64,000 bases of DNA from Octopus sinensis (taxonomy: Eukaryota), in assembly GCF_006345805.1 (NCBI RefSeq), contig NC_043017.1, forward strand, positions 29,078,001 to 29,142,000, read 5' to 3'. A program made the position numbers and the translations under genes. Below, piece after piece: positions 11,832 through 24,368 of the stretch (positions are counted from its first letter, which is position 1; the number at the start of each line of letters is the position of its first letter). The notes below the pieces were generated by a model. The model was not told the DNA's origin. It made no database searches and worked only from the letters and a program-made list of their open reading frames with translations.

Positions 11832-12139
11832 TTGTTTATTTCTTCTCGAGCAATGCCTGGCTCATAAGGGCCGGTTTCCCGGTTTCCATTGGCGTATAGG
11901 TTCCCCCATCTGGACGGGACGCCGGTCCGTCGCAGGTGAGTTGCAAGATGCAGGAGAAAAGAGTGAGAGAAAGTTGTAGCGAAAGAGTCAGCAGAAGTGC
12001 GCCATTACCTTCTGCCGGAGCCGCGAGAAGCTTAGGCGTTTTCACTCATAAAAAACACATACCGCCCGGTCTGAGATTCGAATCCGCGATCCCTCGACTG
12101 CGAGTCCGCTGCTCTAACGACTAGGCCATGCGCCTCCAC
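11832..12139 (-). mobile_element. tRNA-derived SINE, family E (V-domain-like)
   Basis: Head GTGGAGGCGCATGGCCTAG; core CTGCGACGGACCGGCGTCCCGTCCAG; matches the 40966 copy. Confidence 0.88.
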
Positions 12140-12364
12140 AGTAGTTTCGATGATAGTGATGGATCTGAGTTCAAATCCTGCAGCATTCACATTGTATTTC
12201 GTTCATACGATATCTATGAAACAAATATTGGAGAAGTGGAAATAAATGAAACACTAGACCAACTTCTAACAGCGTAGTCTTGATAGATCACCATTCGCTC
12301 ACAATGTGTTTATACCTATCGTATTACGTAATTCTACCTAATCATATTTGTATATGTACAAGAT

Positions 12365-12840
12365 GTGGAAGTGCAATATCCGAGTGGTTAGGGTAGCGGA
12401 CTCGCGGTCATAGGATCGTGGATTCGATTCCCAGAACGAAGGCGGCGAGCTGGCAGAAACGTTAGCACGCAGGGCGAAATGCTTAGCGGTAATTCGTCTG
12501 CCGTTACGTCGTGAGTTCAAATTCCGCCGAGGTCGACTTTGCCTTTCATCCTTTCGGGGTCGATAAATTAAGTACCAGTTACGCACTGGGGTCGATGTAA
12601 TCGACTTAATACCTATGTCTGTCCTTGTTTGTCCCCTTTGTGTTTAGCCCCTTGTGGGTAATAAAGAAATAGGTTTCGATTCCCAGAACGGGCGTTTTGA
12701 GTGTTTATTAAGCGAAAACACCTAAAGCACCATGAGGCTCCGGCAGGGGGTGTTGGTGAACCCTGCTGTACTATTTCACCACACATTTCTCTCACTCCTT
12801 CTTCCTATTTCTCAAGTAGCTGTATTTCAAAGGGCCAGCT
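12365..12840 (+). mobile_element. SINE family B (3'-truncated), split by nested family C insertion
   Basis: Head 12365-12438; body resumes at 12672. Confidence 0.85.
12439..12671 (+). mobile_element. tRNA-derived SINE, family C
   Basis: Head GGCGGCGAGCTGGCAGAA, core GTCGACTTTGCCTTTCATCCTTTCGGGGTCGATAAA; 19-bp TSD GGWTTCGATTCCCAGAACG. Confidence 0.9.
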
Positions 12841-12931
12841 TCTGAAAGCATGACAAGCATAAGTGAAATTTGCAGATAAGTGGAAGAGATAACTTGCAGA
12901 AAAGCGGAATAAAAACCTAACAGAAAATTCT

Positions 12932-13169
12932 TATTTCTTCATTGCCCACAAGGGGCTAAACATAGAGGGGACAAACAAGGACAGACAAACGGATTAAGTC
13001 GATTACATCGACCTCAGTGCATAACTGGTACTTATTTTATCGACGCCGAACGGATGAAAGGCAAAGTCGACCTCGGCGGAATTTGAACCCAGAACGTAGC
13101 GGCAGACGAAAAACCACAAAGCATTTCGCCCGGCGTGCTAACGTTACTGCCAAGCTCGCCGCTTTACTT
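12932..13169 (-). mobile_element. SINE family C
   Basis: TSD ACAGAAAATTCT (12920-12931, 13170-13181). Confidence 0.9.
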
Positions 13170-13822
13170 ACAGAAAATTCTGCATATATCCTCCAAAATT
13201 ATAAATTTTGTTCGCGAAACTCTTGACATTTGGCATGAGATTTCTTTTCAAACCGAGGACAATAGTTTTTGTAAGATTTACATCGTGACGTCAATGGATT
13301 AAATACGTCTCCTATATAAGAGTGACCTTCATTGTTACTCATAATTTAAATAACGTCATCTTTGAGATTCAACATTTCCTCGCAGAACATACTTGAAGAA
13401 ATAGTTCTTCAAAGCAATTCCCATTCATATGAAAGCGTGTGTTATGAAATCTCCTTAGATTAATTGTTCCAATTCACATAACAGCTAGTAAGGTCGACAC
13501 AGTGATATACGATATGAAGCAACATGTCAAATTTAAAATTCAAATGCTGTTCTAAGACGTACATTAAAGGCATTCCATCAAATGCTGTATGAATTAATAT
13601 TCAAATTACAAAATATCTCCTCAAAACTTATCCATCATTTATTTCCAATGTTTAAACAAAGTTCTTTCAACCTTATTAGATATTGTTTTTTTACAATTAG
13701 GAAAATGCATTTGAATTGTAATAATAATTATTTAAATATATGTTATAATTATCTAAATAGATATATGCTAGAAGCCACATAGCATATGTGGCTTATAGCA
13801 TATAATAATGTTAAATATAAAT

Positions 13823-14208
13823 AGGCGCAGGAGTGGCTATGAGGTAAGTACCTTGTTTACCAACCTCATGGTTCCGAGTTCAGTCCCACTGCGTGCCACC
13901 TTGGAAAAATGTCTTCTGCTATATCCTCGGGCCGACCAAAGACTTGTGAGTGGATTTGGTAGACGGAAACTGAAAGAAGCCCGTAGTATATATGTATATA
14001 TATATGTATATGCGCGTATGTGTTTGTCCTCCTAGTATTGCTGGTGTGTTTATGTCCCCGTTACTTAGCGGTTCGGCAAAAGAGACCGATAGAATAAGTA
14101 CTAGGCTTACAAAAGAATAAGTCCCGGGGTCGAGTTGCTCGATTAAAGGCGGTGTTCCAGCATGGCCGCAGTCAAATAACTGAAACAAGTAAAAGAATAA
14201 AAGAATAA
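13823..14208 (+). mobile_element. SINE family A
   Basis: Matches family A. Confidence 0.9.
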
Positions 14209-14618
14209 ATAATTATCTGCAGTGCTAATGTTTGAGAGAAGATGCTTGCAGCACCTTCCTAAATATTTCAAAAATGTTATTGATTTTATCTTTTAGTATA
14301 ACGGTATCGTTTCCAGACTCTTTATTTTCTATATATGATTATATTTTACATGACGTGGAGTGGTAATTTATATCATACAGGATGTCCTATACAATTACTA
14401 AACTCGGAAAAGTTGCCTCAAAATAATAGCTAATAATCTCAAGCTTATTTTCTGCCCCATATCTATCTACTTAAATTCTGCGATCAAGTCACAGGGGTAG
14501 AATTTATTTGCCATATTTACGAAGTAGATAACATGAAAAACAAGTAAAATATTATGATCTATATACTCAGTTGCTTCATTCCCAGAAATTGCAGGCCTGG
14601 ATTCTTTGTTAGAAATTA

Positions 14619-15016
14619 TTACTCTTTTACTTGTTTCAGTCATTTGACTGCGGCCATGCTGGAGCACCGCCTTTAATCGAGCAACTCGACCCCGGGACTT
14701 ATTTTTTGTAAGCCCAAAACTTATTCTATCGGTCTCATTTGCCGAACCGCTAGGTGACGGGGACATAAACACACCAGCATCGGTTGTCAAGCAATGCTAG
14801 AGGGACAACTATAGACACACAAACACACACGCACATATGTATATATACATGTATACGACGGGCTTCTTTCAGTTTCCGTCTGCCAAATCCACTCACAAGG
14901 CTTTGGTCGGCCCGAGGCTATAGTAGAAAACACTTGCCCAAGGTGCCACGCAGTGGGACTGAACCCGGAATCATGTGGTTGGTAGACAAGCTACTTACCA
15001 CACAGCCACTCCTGCG
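14619..15016 (-). mobile_element. SINE family A
   Basis: Matches family A. Confidence 0.9.
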
Positions 15017-15131
15017 ATTGTAAATTATAATTTTATTTTTAACTTAATATTAGATTCGTGTTAGTGCATTCGTGTTCAATGCCATTCTAATCTCAAGAGG
15101 CATGATTTATTATGAATTGAAAACTTCAAAG

Positions 15132-15350
15132 TACCAGGGTTGCTGGAATGTCCTTGGCTTCACGGGCATCGCGTAAGGCCTGGTTTGAGACCTAAAATTC
15201 CCAGTTATTTTACAGGGTTTAGAAAAACTGAAAGACCAATGCAATAAGTATGTGAATCTGAAAGGGGAATATGTTGAATAAAATCAAAATTAACTTATCC
15301 GCCTGTATATTCTTTTACCCAAAGCCAGGAATTTTCAGTACCCCTTCATA
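15132..15350 (+). mobile_element. Internally deleted mariner element (MITE)
   Basis: Degenerate ~28-bp TIRs with TA ends; encodes mariner C-terminus LQGLEKLKDQCNKYVNLKGEYVE*. Confidence 0.75.
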
Positions 15351-15605
15351 ATTTATTCTGCACACCTTTAATACAAAGTGTGTCGTTTTAGGTATGTATT
15401 TATTGTAATTCCTAGCAAGGTGAACGGCAAGTTTCCCTGATTAATTGCAGTATATCGTGCCTCCAATTTCACATCGCGCGTTAAAATTTCATTAAATTGT
15501 GAAAACAAGTATGGACCCTCTTATTCTTTGAGGACCCACAAGAAATAGCAGCTAAACATCTCTCAATTTACACTTAACCAACGTAAATAATGGTTGTATT
15601 AAATA

Positions 15606-16012
15606 CTAGCAGTATCGCCCGGCGTTGCTCGGGTTTGTAAGGGAAATAACTATAAAGCATTTTTAGAGAGTTATAGCCAAAAATGCATTAAAAATGGAAA
15701 AAAATGAAGGTAAATCTTTTTAAAAATCGTTGACTCATCGTAGACATTTTTAGAGAGTTACTTCGAAAAAAATGTAATAAAAATGGGAAAAAATTATGGT
15801 AATTTTTTTTTTCTAATCGTAGACTCATGGTAATTTTTTTTTTCTAATCGTAGACTCATTGTAGACACGCGCTAATACCCAGAAGGACTCGATATGAATC
15901 ACAACTATAAGATACCCGGTTTGGTTAAACTGCACCGCAAAATGTGGAAGTACTTAGGAATCTAAATTGTAGGAGACAGACACTCACACAACTTCACTTT
16001 TATATATAAAGA
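15606..16012 (-). mobile_element. Non-autonomous Helitron, family H1
   Basis: 5' TCTTTATATATAAAAG, 3' hairpin plus CTGCTAG, A|T target. Confidence 0.9.
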
Positions 16013-16519
16013 TTTATATGACAACTGAAACGCTTTTAAATATGGTTCTGTTTATTTTCGTACAGATCAGGAGTTCAGCAACCCCATGACAGTCTGCACA
16101 GAAAGCGTCTACATGTAGGTTTTAAATATAAATCACGTCTTTTATACATTTTCCATAACTACATTACAGTAATGTGTAACTTGAAAAGCTAATATCTTTT
16201 ATAAATCCGGCACGTGGGCGTATGAACAACATTTCGTTATAAGTGACAAATGGTAGTTTATGTCGCATGAAACGATTACGATGCCGAGTAAATCAATTGA
16301 ATACAAGAAAAGCGAGCAACGCTTGTTAGTGCGTCACCTGCAGAGATCTCGGTTATGTTATAGTTCTAATAATTGCAGATGCAATATTTTAATTGGATTA
16401 CATATTAGATAGGTTTTATAATCAATAAACCATGTTGCTGTCTGTTTATCTATCTATATACATTATATACACGAACACCCAAACAATCACAGGCATACAC
16501 ATATGCGCACAAAGATATA

Positions 16520-16587
<68 letters not shown>

Positions 16588-16622
16588 TATGCGAGAAAGA
16601 AGCAACAAGAATGGATTAGTTT

Positions 16623-16709
16623 TTAGTACAATTGTTTCATACAAAGACAGGCTTTATTACAAGTTGCAAAACTTGCAGCAGATAAAAGTGTCCCGTACTC
16701 ATCAGCTAA
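16623..16709 (-). ncRNA. Type I hammerhead ribozyme motif
   Basis: TTAG-CTGATGA-GTAC...GTAT-GAAACAATTGTA-CTAA; palindromic stem III ACAATTGT; 3' tail shared with the 25475 copy. Confidence 0.8.
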
Positions 16710-16825
16710 TCACCCCACATTACTGTATGGTTACACCATATACTTTTCTGGTGCCACCTAAGTTAAGTACCACATTCAAGTAAATTCTTTAGAATTGACT
16801 TGAATCTTAATTGCTTTTATATATA

Positions 16826-16874
<49 letters not shown>

Positions 16875-17203
16875 ATATATATATTATATATATATATATA
16901 ATATATATATGAGAAAAAGAACTTGGGTGCTGACATCCCTTCAAGAGGATTTATATCCTTGATATATATAATATATATATATTAGTCAATTTAGGGTAGC
17001 AAAAAAATTCAATAGAAATTTATCGCTACCAGCGGCCTGGTGGAAAAGAGAAAATAGTCATCGACTAAATATATAAATATAACAATTTAGGAGTGACCAT
17101 AACAGGTCATTCGTCCACCAGAAAGAGCAGCCATAACTCACACCGCCAAGTAGTAGTAATTCAGAAATTAGGTGAAAATTTAAAAACATTTACCCTAATT
17201 CAT

Positions 17204-17303
17204 CTTTTAGACGTTGCAACGTTTCTGTGTCATTAATGATTAAATTAGCTTAATTAAATTAAATTAAGCTAATCTACCATAGGTTACACTTCATCAGTAA
17301 AAA
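17204..17303 (-). ncRNA. Type I hammerhead, array unit 1
   Basis: TTTTTA-CTGATGA-aGTGT...ACACa-GAAACGTTGCAACGTC-TAAAAG; GUC cleavage between 17210 and 17209. Confidence 0.75.
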
Positions 17304-17676
17304 ACCTGGGAGAGACAAATATACACGAGGCGTCTGTATCGATGCCTACGGAATATCTGTCTTAAAATTTTCAAGACTGACGTATTCGCGCCAAACTTAT
17401 CAGCAGTAATATAAACTGCCGATTCAATCTCAGAATTATCAGAAAATTATCAATTAGTCACATTTAGGGTAGCAAAAAAATTCAATAGAAATTTATCGCT
17501 ACCAGCGGCCTGGTGGAAAAGAGAAAATAGTCATCGACTAAATATATAAATATAACAATTTAGGAGTGACCTTAACAGGTCATTCGTCCACCAGAAAGAG
17601 CAGCCATAACTCACACCCGCCAGTAGTAGTAATTCAGAAATTAGGTGAAAATTTAAAAACATTTACCCTAATTCAT

Positions 17677-17775
17677 CTTTTAGACGTTGCAACGTTTCTG
17701 TGTCATTAATGATTAAATTAGCTTAATTAAATTAATTAAGCTAATCTACCATAGGTTACACTTCATCAGTAAAAA
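17677..17775 (-). ncRNA. Type I hammerhead, array unit 2
   Basis: Same motif, cleavage C at 17683. Confidence 0.75.
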
Positions 17776-18149
17776 ACCTGGGAGAGACAAATATACACGA
17801 GGCGTCTGTATCGATGCCTACGGAATATCTGTCTTAAAATTTTCAAGACTGACGTATTCGCGCCAAACTTATCAGCAGTAAATATAAACTGCCGATTCAA
17901 TCTCAGAATTATTCAGAAAATTATCAATTAGTCAATTTAGGGTAGCAAAAAAATTCAATAGAAATTTATCGCTACCAGCGGCCTGGTGGAAAAGAGAAAA
18001 TAGTCATCGACTAAATATATAAATATAACAATTTAGGAGTGACCTTAACAGGTCATTCGTCCACCAGAAAGAGCAGCCATAACTCACACCGCCAAGTAGT
18101 AGTAATTCAGAAATTAGGTGAAAATTTAAAAACATTTACCCTAATTCAT

Positions 18150-18249
18150 CTTTTAGACGTTGCAACGTTTCTGTGTCATTAATGATTAAATTAGCTTAAT
18201 TAAATTAAATTAAGCTAATCTACCATAGGTTACACTTCATCAGTAAAAA
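18150..18249 (-). ncRNA. Type I hammerhead, array unit 3
   Basis: Same motif, cleavage C at 18156. Confidence 0.75.
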
Positions 18250-18625
18250 AAAAACCTGGAGAGACAAATATACACGAGGCGTCTGTATCGATGCCTACGG
18301 ATATCTGTCTTAAAATTTTCAAGACTGACGTATTCGCGCCAAACTTATCAGCAGTAAATATAAACTGCCGATTCAATCTCAGAATTATTCAGAAAATTAT
18401 CAATTAGTCAATTTAGGGTAGCAAAAAAATTCAATAGAAATTTATCGCTACCAGCGGCCTGGTGGAAAAGAGAAAATAGTCATCGACTAAATATATAAAT
18501 AACAATTTAGGAGTGACCTTACAGGTCATTCGTCCACCAGAAAGAGCAGCCATAACTCACACCGCCAAGTAGTAGTAATTCAGAAATTAGGTGAAAATTT
18601 AAAAACATTTACCCTAATTCATCTT

Positions 18626-18819
18626 AGATTAGCTTAATTTAATTTAATTAAGCTAATTTAATCATTAATGACACAGAAACGTTGCAACGTCTAAAAGATG
18701 AATTAGGGTAAATGTTTTTAAATTTTCACCTAATTTCTGAATTACTACTACTTGGCGGTGTGAGTTATGGCTGCTCTTTCTGGTGGACGAATGACCTGTT
18801 AAGGTCACTCCTAAATTGT

Positions 18820-18854
<35 letters not shown>

Positions 18855-18917
18855 GTATGTATGTATATATATATATATGTATATATGTATACATATATGT
18901 ATATATATATATATACA

Positions 18918-18984
<67 letters not shown>

Positions 18985-19086
18985 ATATATATGTATGTAT
19001 ATATATGTGATTATATATATATACATATATGTATACATATATGTATACATATATGTATATATATATATACATATATATATACATAC

Positions 19087-19132
<46 letters not shown>

Positions 19133-19352
19133 ATATATAGTATGTATATATATGTATGTATATATATATGTAATATATATATACATATATGTATACATAT
19201 ATACATTATATATATATACATACATACATATATATACATATATACATATATATATATATACATATACATACATATATATATATATATATAATATATATAT
19301 CAAGGATATAAATCCTCTTGAAGGGATATCAGCACCCAAGTTCTTTTTTCTC

Positions 19353-19384
<32 letters not shown>

Positions 19385-19500
19385 CATATATATATATATA
19401 TATATATATAATACACATATATATATAAAAGCAATTAAGATTCAAGTCAATTCTAAAGAATTTACTTGAATGTGGTACTTAACTTAGGTGCACCAGAAAA
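18626..19500 (+). repeat. Inverted (foldback) copy of parts of 16744-17276 with expanded TA tracts
   Basis: 18626-18821 is the reverse complement of ~17082-17276; 19301-19351 of 16911-16961; 19428-19500 of 16744-16816. Confidence 0.88.
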
Positions 19501-19501
19501 C

Positions 19502-19536
<35 letters not shown>

Positions 19537-19628
19537 GTATATATGTATACATATATGTATATATATATATATACATATAATATATATACATACATATATA
19601 TAAACATACATATATATACATATATATA

Positions 19629-19694
<66 letters not shown>

Positions 19695-19764
19695 TATATA
19701 TATATACATATATATATATATTCCTGTCTATGTATATGTAGTTATTTCTAAAACATTCAGAAGA

Positions 19765-19982
19765 AGAGGTCTCAGTGAGCGCAAACCTCCGTCAAGGCAA
19801 CACAAACGTCCTCTCAACGATTTGCCAGAAATGATTTTTAAAATGAGAATATCTGAAATCAACTCGACTGCTCTCTCAAGCGAGAATACTAAAAATGAAC
19901 CCGACTGTTCTCAAAATTTAAGTAAAATAAAAAAAAATGGAAAAATGATCCGGAATCCTTGTCCGGTACCTGATCAATCCCA
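19765..19982 (-). mobile_element. Possible Helentron/DINE-like fragment
   Basis: GAGGTCTCAGTGAGCGCAAACCTCCGTCAAGGC end motif and GATCCGGAATCC..CCGGTACC motif, related motif at 20850-20905. Confidence 0.35.
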
Positions 19983-20239
19983 GTGGTAGTCATGGAAGGT
20001 GAAGATGACTGTAGAAAATTTTGTAACCTTAATAGATAATTTATCTTTATTTAATACAAGCCAACGTTAATACGTTCACTATTCAAAACAGTTTCGAAGG
20101 AAATTTGAATTAATAGAATGAGACCTGTTGCTATTCTCTTCTTTTAAATTCCGGCCTTCCTTTAGTATTCCTGTTGTTTTAGATCGTTGTATAGATGTAT
20201 GTACATATGTAAGTATACTGTTAATTTGTATGTATAATA

Positions 20240-20637
20240 TCTTTATATATAAAAGTCAAGTTGTGTGTCTGTCTCCTACGATTTAGATTCCTAAATACTC
20301 CCACATTTTGCGTTGCAGTGTAACCAAAAGCGGGTATCTTATAGTCGTGATACATATCGAGCCCTTCTGGGTATTAGCGCGCGTCTACGATGAGTCTACG
20401 ATTTAAACAAAAAATTACCATCATTTCTTTTTCCATTTTAATGCATTTTTCGCTATTATATAAGGGAAGTAACTCTCTAAAAATGTCTACGATAAGTCAA
20501 CGATTTAAAAAAAAATTTACCATAATTTTTTTCCCATTTTTAATGCATTTTTTTCTATTTTTTGGTTATAACTCTCTAAAAATGCTTATATAGTTATTTC
20601 CCTTACAAACCCTAGCAACGCCGGGCGATACTGCTAG
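20240..20637 (+). mobile_element. Non-autonomous Helitron, family H1
   Basis: A|TCTTTATATATAAAAG...GCAACGCCGGGCGATACTGCTAG|T. Confidence 0.9.
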
Positions 20638-21095
20638 TATATTATTAAATATTTCTGAACTGTTTTGCTGCCGTTTGTTTATGCAGTTTGACTTTTTATC
20701 CATCATTTTCTAATAAGATAGCGACACGAGTAAAATTAATAATAGAGAAACGAAAACAAAACTTTGAAAACAGCCTGAAGGGAGATAATTTTAGAAAGAT
20801 TTGAAAGTGAACGTAAGATGATCATCGTGTAAATTAAAGTAAATATAACAAATAATCCAGAATCCTTTTCCGGTACCGGATCGATACCCAAATCTAATCA
20901 GTTCATGTACATCCTTGTTCATGCTATTATATTAGCATTATCATGCGTTTGGGAATAAAATATTTCTGTATCTTTCAATACATTTCAACGCTTCTAAAGC
21001 AAACTTTGTTCGTTTCATTTCATCGTAAGTTGAATTGAAAGTTAGCGTCTTATAAAGCTGGATTTGTAAATCCTAAAATTGCAGAATAATTCGTT

Positions 21096-21168
21096 GGACA
21101 GTTTAGCTTAAAGGTAGAGCACTTGACGCGTAATCAAAAGAATGTGAGTTAGAGAATCATGAATGGCC
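21096..21168 (+). pseudogene. Degenerate tRNA-like sequence (Thr-CGT-like) or old SINE head
   Basis: TTAGCTTAAAGGTAGAGC D arm, anticodon arm TTGA-CGCGTAA-TCAA; T arm decayed. Confidence 0.3.
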
Positions 21169-21546
21169 GGTACGAATTTTTCTGCAATATACGGATAGTC
21201 TACCCTGTTCATGCTATTGTATTAGTATTATCATGCGTTTGAGAATAAACATACATGTATGTATAACAACCAAGTGAACCTCTGGGTTTGAAGGCACCTA
21301 GTTCCCGTTACAACTTCCTTCTGGGAGAAAATACAGTCGTGTAAAAATATAACCTGAAATGCTGGTCGTTTCAAAATCTAAAGAAATTAACGCAGTAAAA
21401 ATTCTTGCATCATCACGAGATGACTTGTGTCATATCTATATGGAGTTTGGTTGGTTGGTAGATAGAGAGATAGTGAGAGAGAGAGAGAGAAACAGAGAGA
21501 GAGAACCAGAGACAAGACAAAGAGAGAGAGAGAGAGTCATACAGAT

Positions 21547-21591
<45 letters not shown>

Positions 21592-21677
21592 CTGACAGAC
21601 AGACATATAGATAGATAGTATGATATATATATAGATAAATACTTATCTCTCTTAATATGTAAGTATATATACATACA

Positions 21678-21717
<40 letters not shown>

Positions 21718-21873
21718 TATTATATATATATATATATATATATTATTATATATTATATATATATATACATCCATATATATATGCACCTGTTTATGTGCGT
21801 ATGTGCATATATATCTGTGTGTCTATGTGTGTGTGTTTGTGCATGTTATATATATATATATATATATATATAT

Positions 21874-21910
<37 letters not shown>

Positions 21911-23578
21911 AGAGAGAGAGAGAGAGAGAGAGAGAAGTGAATATACGTAAATCTGGCAATTTTAATCTTATGTTTGCAGACTTGACTGCGCATGACGTTA
22001 AAGGTGAGCATATCGTGCACGTATAAATACGTGTCGGTATATGAGCCTGTACGTGCGAACATCTTTCTGCATGCTTTTGTGCGTATCTGTCGGTGTGGTG
22101 TTTGTTCGGAACGATGTGCATATATCGAAGGCAGAATATGACAAGCACAACACAAGGTAACGAGTTCAATGGAACACGTAAAGAAATTTAGGTCGGCACG
22201 TACGAATATACACGAGGAAATCAAAATAAAAACATAAATTGCAAGGCCTAGAGACGTAGCGTTTCTAAATAGTTCTAACGACAGTGGCAAGCATCACGTC
22301 GATGCGCTGATATTCACGCTCACGTGATTATATAGAAGGGTGAGTGCGTGTGTAGAGAACACAAGACGGAGATGTAAGTGACTTAATTACGAGTTGCTCT
22401 CTAATCAAGAAATAGAAGCCATGTATTGTAGATGAAAAACAATATAACACCTATCTATTTATCAATCTATGTATCTATATATCTGTCTATCTACCGATCT
22501 ATTTGCCTGTTTATCAGTCTGTCTGTCTATCTATTAATCTATCTACCTACACTTTTACCTGCTATCTAGCTCACTGTACATGATTATATATATATATATA
22601 TTATATATTATATTATTATATATATATATATATATATATATTATATTACAATATATATATATATATATGTACATAATATATATGTATATATACAGACATA
22701 TATATATATATATATATATGTACAGATATATATATGTATATATTACAGACACAATATATATATATCTATATACATAATATACACACACTCATATATATAT
22801 ATATATTTATGTATATTACATATGTATATATATCTACATATATATATACATATGGATATATATATTACATATATATATATTATTATATCTATATATATAT
22901 ACATGTATATATATGTATATATATATATATGTATATATAAACATAATATATACACAACAATATATATGTATGTATATGTTATGTATAAATACGCACACAC
23001 TTGCACGCAGACGCACACCATTTTTTTGCTTATTCTTTTCTGTTTGCGCGTGATTATGTATTATATGCGAGGAGAAATTTCTTTAACATGAAGGTAGGGA
23101 AGTCATATTATGAAAAACAAGAGTCGAAGTAATTACAATACAATAGATGAATTATGTAGTAGGACAAGTCAATGAGTGCAGCGTTTTTTTTTTTCTTTCT
23201 CAATACACAAAAAGAACATAATTCCATAGACGAATACACACACACACACCCGTGTGTATGTGTGTGTCTGTGTGCGTGCATGGGCATGTGCGTGTACGAC
23301 GGAGGCTTATAAGAAATGTTGGAAGCAATCACGCCAATTATAAGCGGAATGCCAATCAGGAAATGACTATTCGCAAACATTAGTACACGGCAAGTACAAT
23401 ATAGTTGTACGCATGGCTATGTGGTTAACCGTATCACAACAAATCTAGCCGGGATTCTATCTGAAAAGATACGCATATTTGATAAGCATTTTAAAATTTG
23501 CTTTCCTTTTGTCGGTACTTCGTGAATGATGTGTATTATGTATGTGTGAATGTATGCGTGTGTCTGTGTGTCTGTGTG

Positions 23579-23717
23579 TATTTATGTGTGTTCACCACCG
23601 CCTGCCGACAGGTGTTGATTTGTATAAGTAATGTACTTCGGCACAAGAAGAAGATAGGTACACACAAACACATCCATATATATATATATATATTATATAT
23701 ATATATATATATACATT

Positions 23718-23748
<31 letters not shown>

Positions 23749-23902
23749 ATAATATATATATATATATATTACATATATATATACCATATATATATATATA
23801 TATTATATGGATGTTTGTGTAACCTATCTTCTTCTTGTGCCGAAGTACATTACCTTATACAAATCAACACCTGTCGCAGGCGGTGGTGAACACACATAAA
23901 TA
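23579..23902. repeat. Inverted repeat (~100-bp arms) around a TA tract
   Basis: 23579-23680 vs 23806-23902; arms resemble decayed SINE A 3' part. Confidence 0.85.
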
Positions 23903-23951
23903 AGAGAGAGAGAGACACGCATACACTGACACACACACGCTCCATTATATC

Positions 23952-23983
<32 letters not shown>

Positions 23984-23999
23984 TATATATTATATATTC

Positions 24000-24030
<31 letters not shown>

Positions 24031-24321
24031 TATATTATATATTATAATATTATATATATTATATATTATATATATTAAAAATTTTATATATATATATATA
24101 TATATATTATAATATTTTAATATATATCATTTTATTCATATACACACACACAAATTTTTACACATGAACCCGGAATTTTCTACCCTTGACAGGTCGCTTC
24201 CACCGTGTTTTTCTGACGTGAATTTGCTACCCAGGTTTCGGTTTTTTTTAAACGAATTTTCTATGCTGACGATAAACATAGGATAATTCATTCACCTACT
24301 TAAATATATATATATATATAT

Positions 24322-24368
<47 letters not shown>

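Larger units (their letters stand above)
16981..18625 (-). mobile_element. ~473-bp tandem array (3.5 units) with one hammerhead per full unit; candidate retrozyme / Penelope pseudo-LTR array
   Basis: Unit starts 16981, 17453, 17927, 18403; near-identical units; many local hairpins; no long ORF. Confidence 0.8.

Noticed and set aside
21935-22370. CpG/ACGT-rich block with TATAAATA as a promoter or solo LTR
   Set aside because: No downstream gene, TG..CA ends or TSD identified
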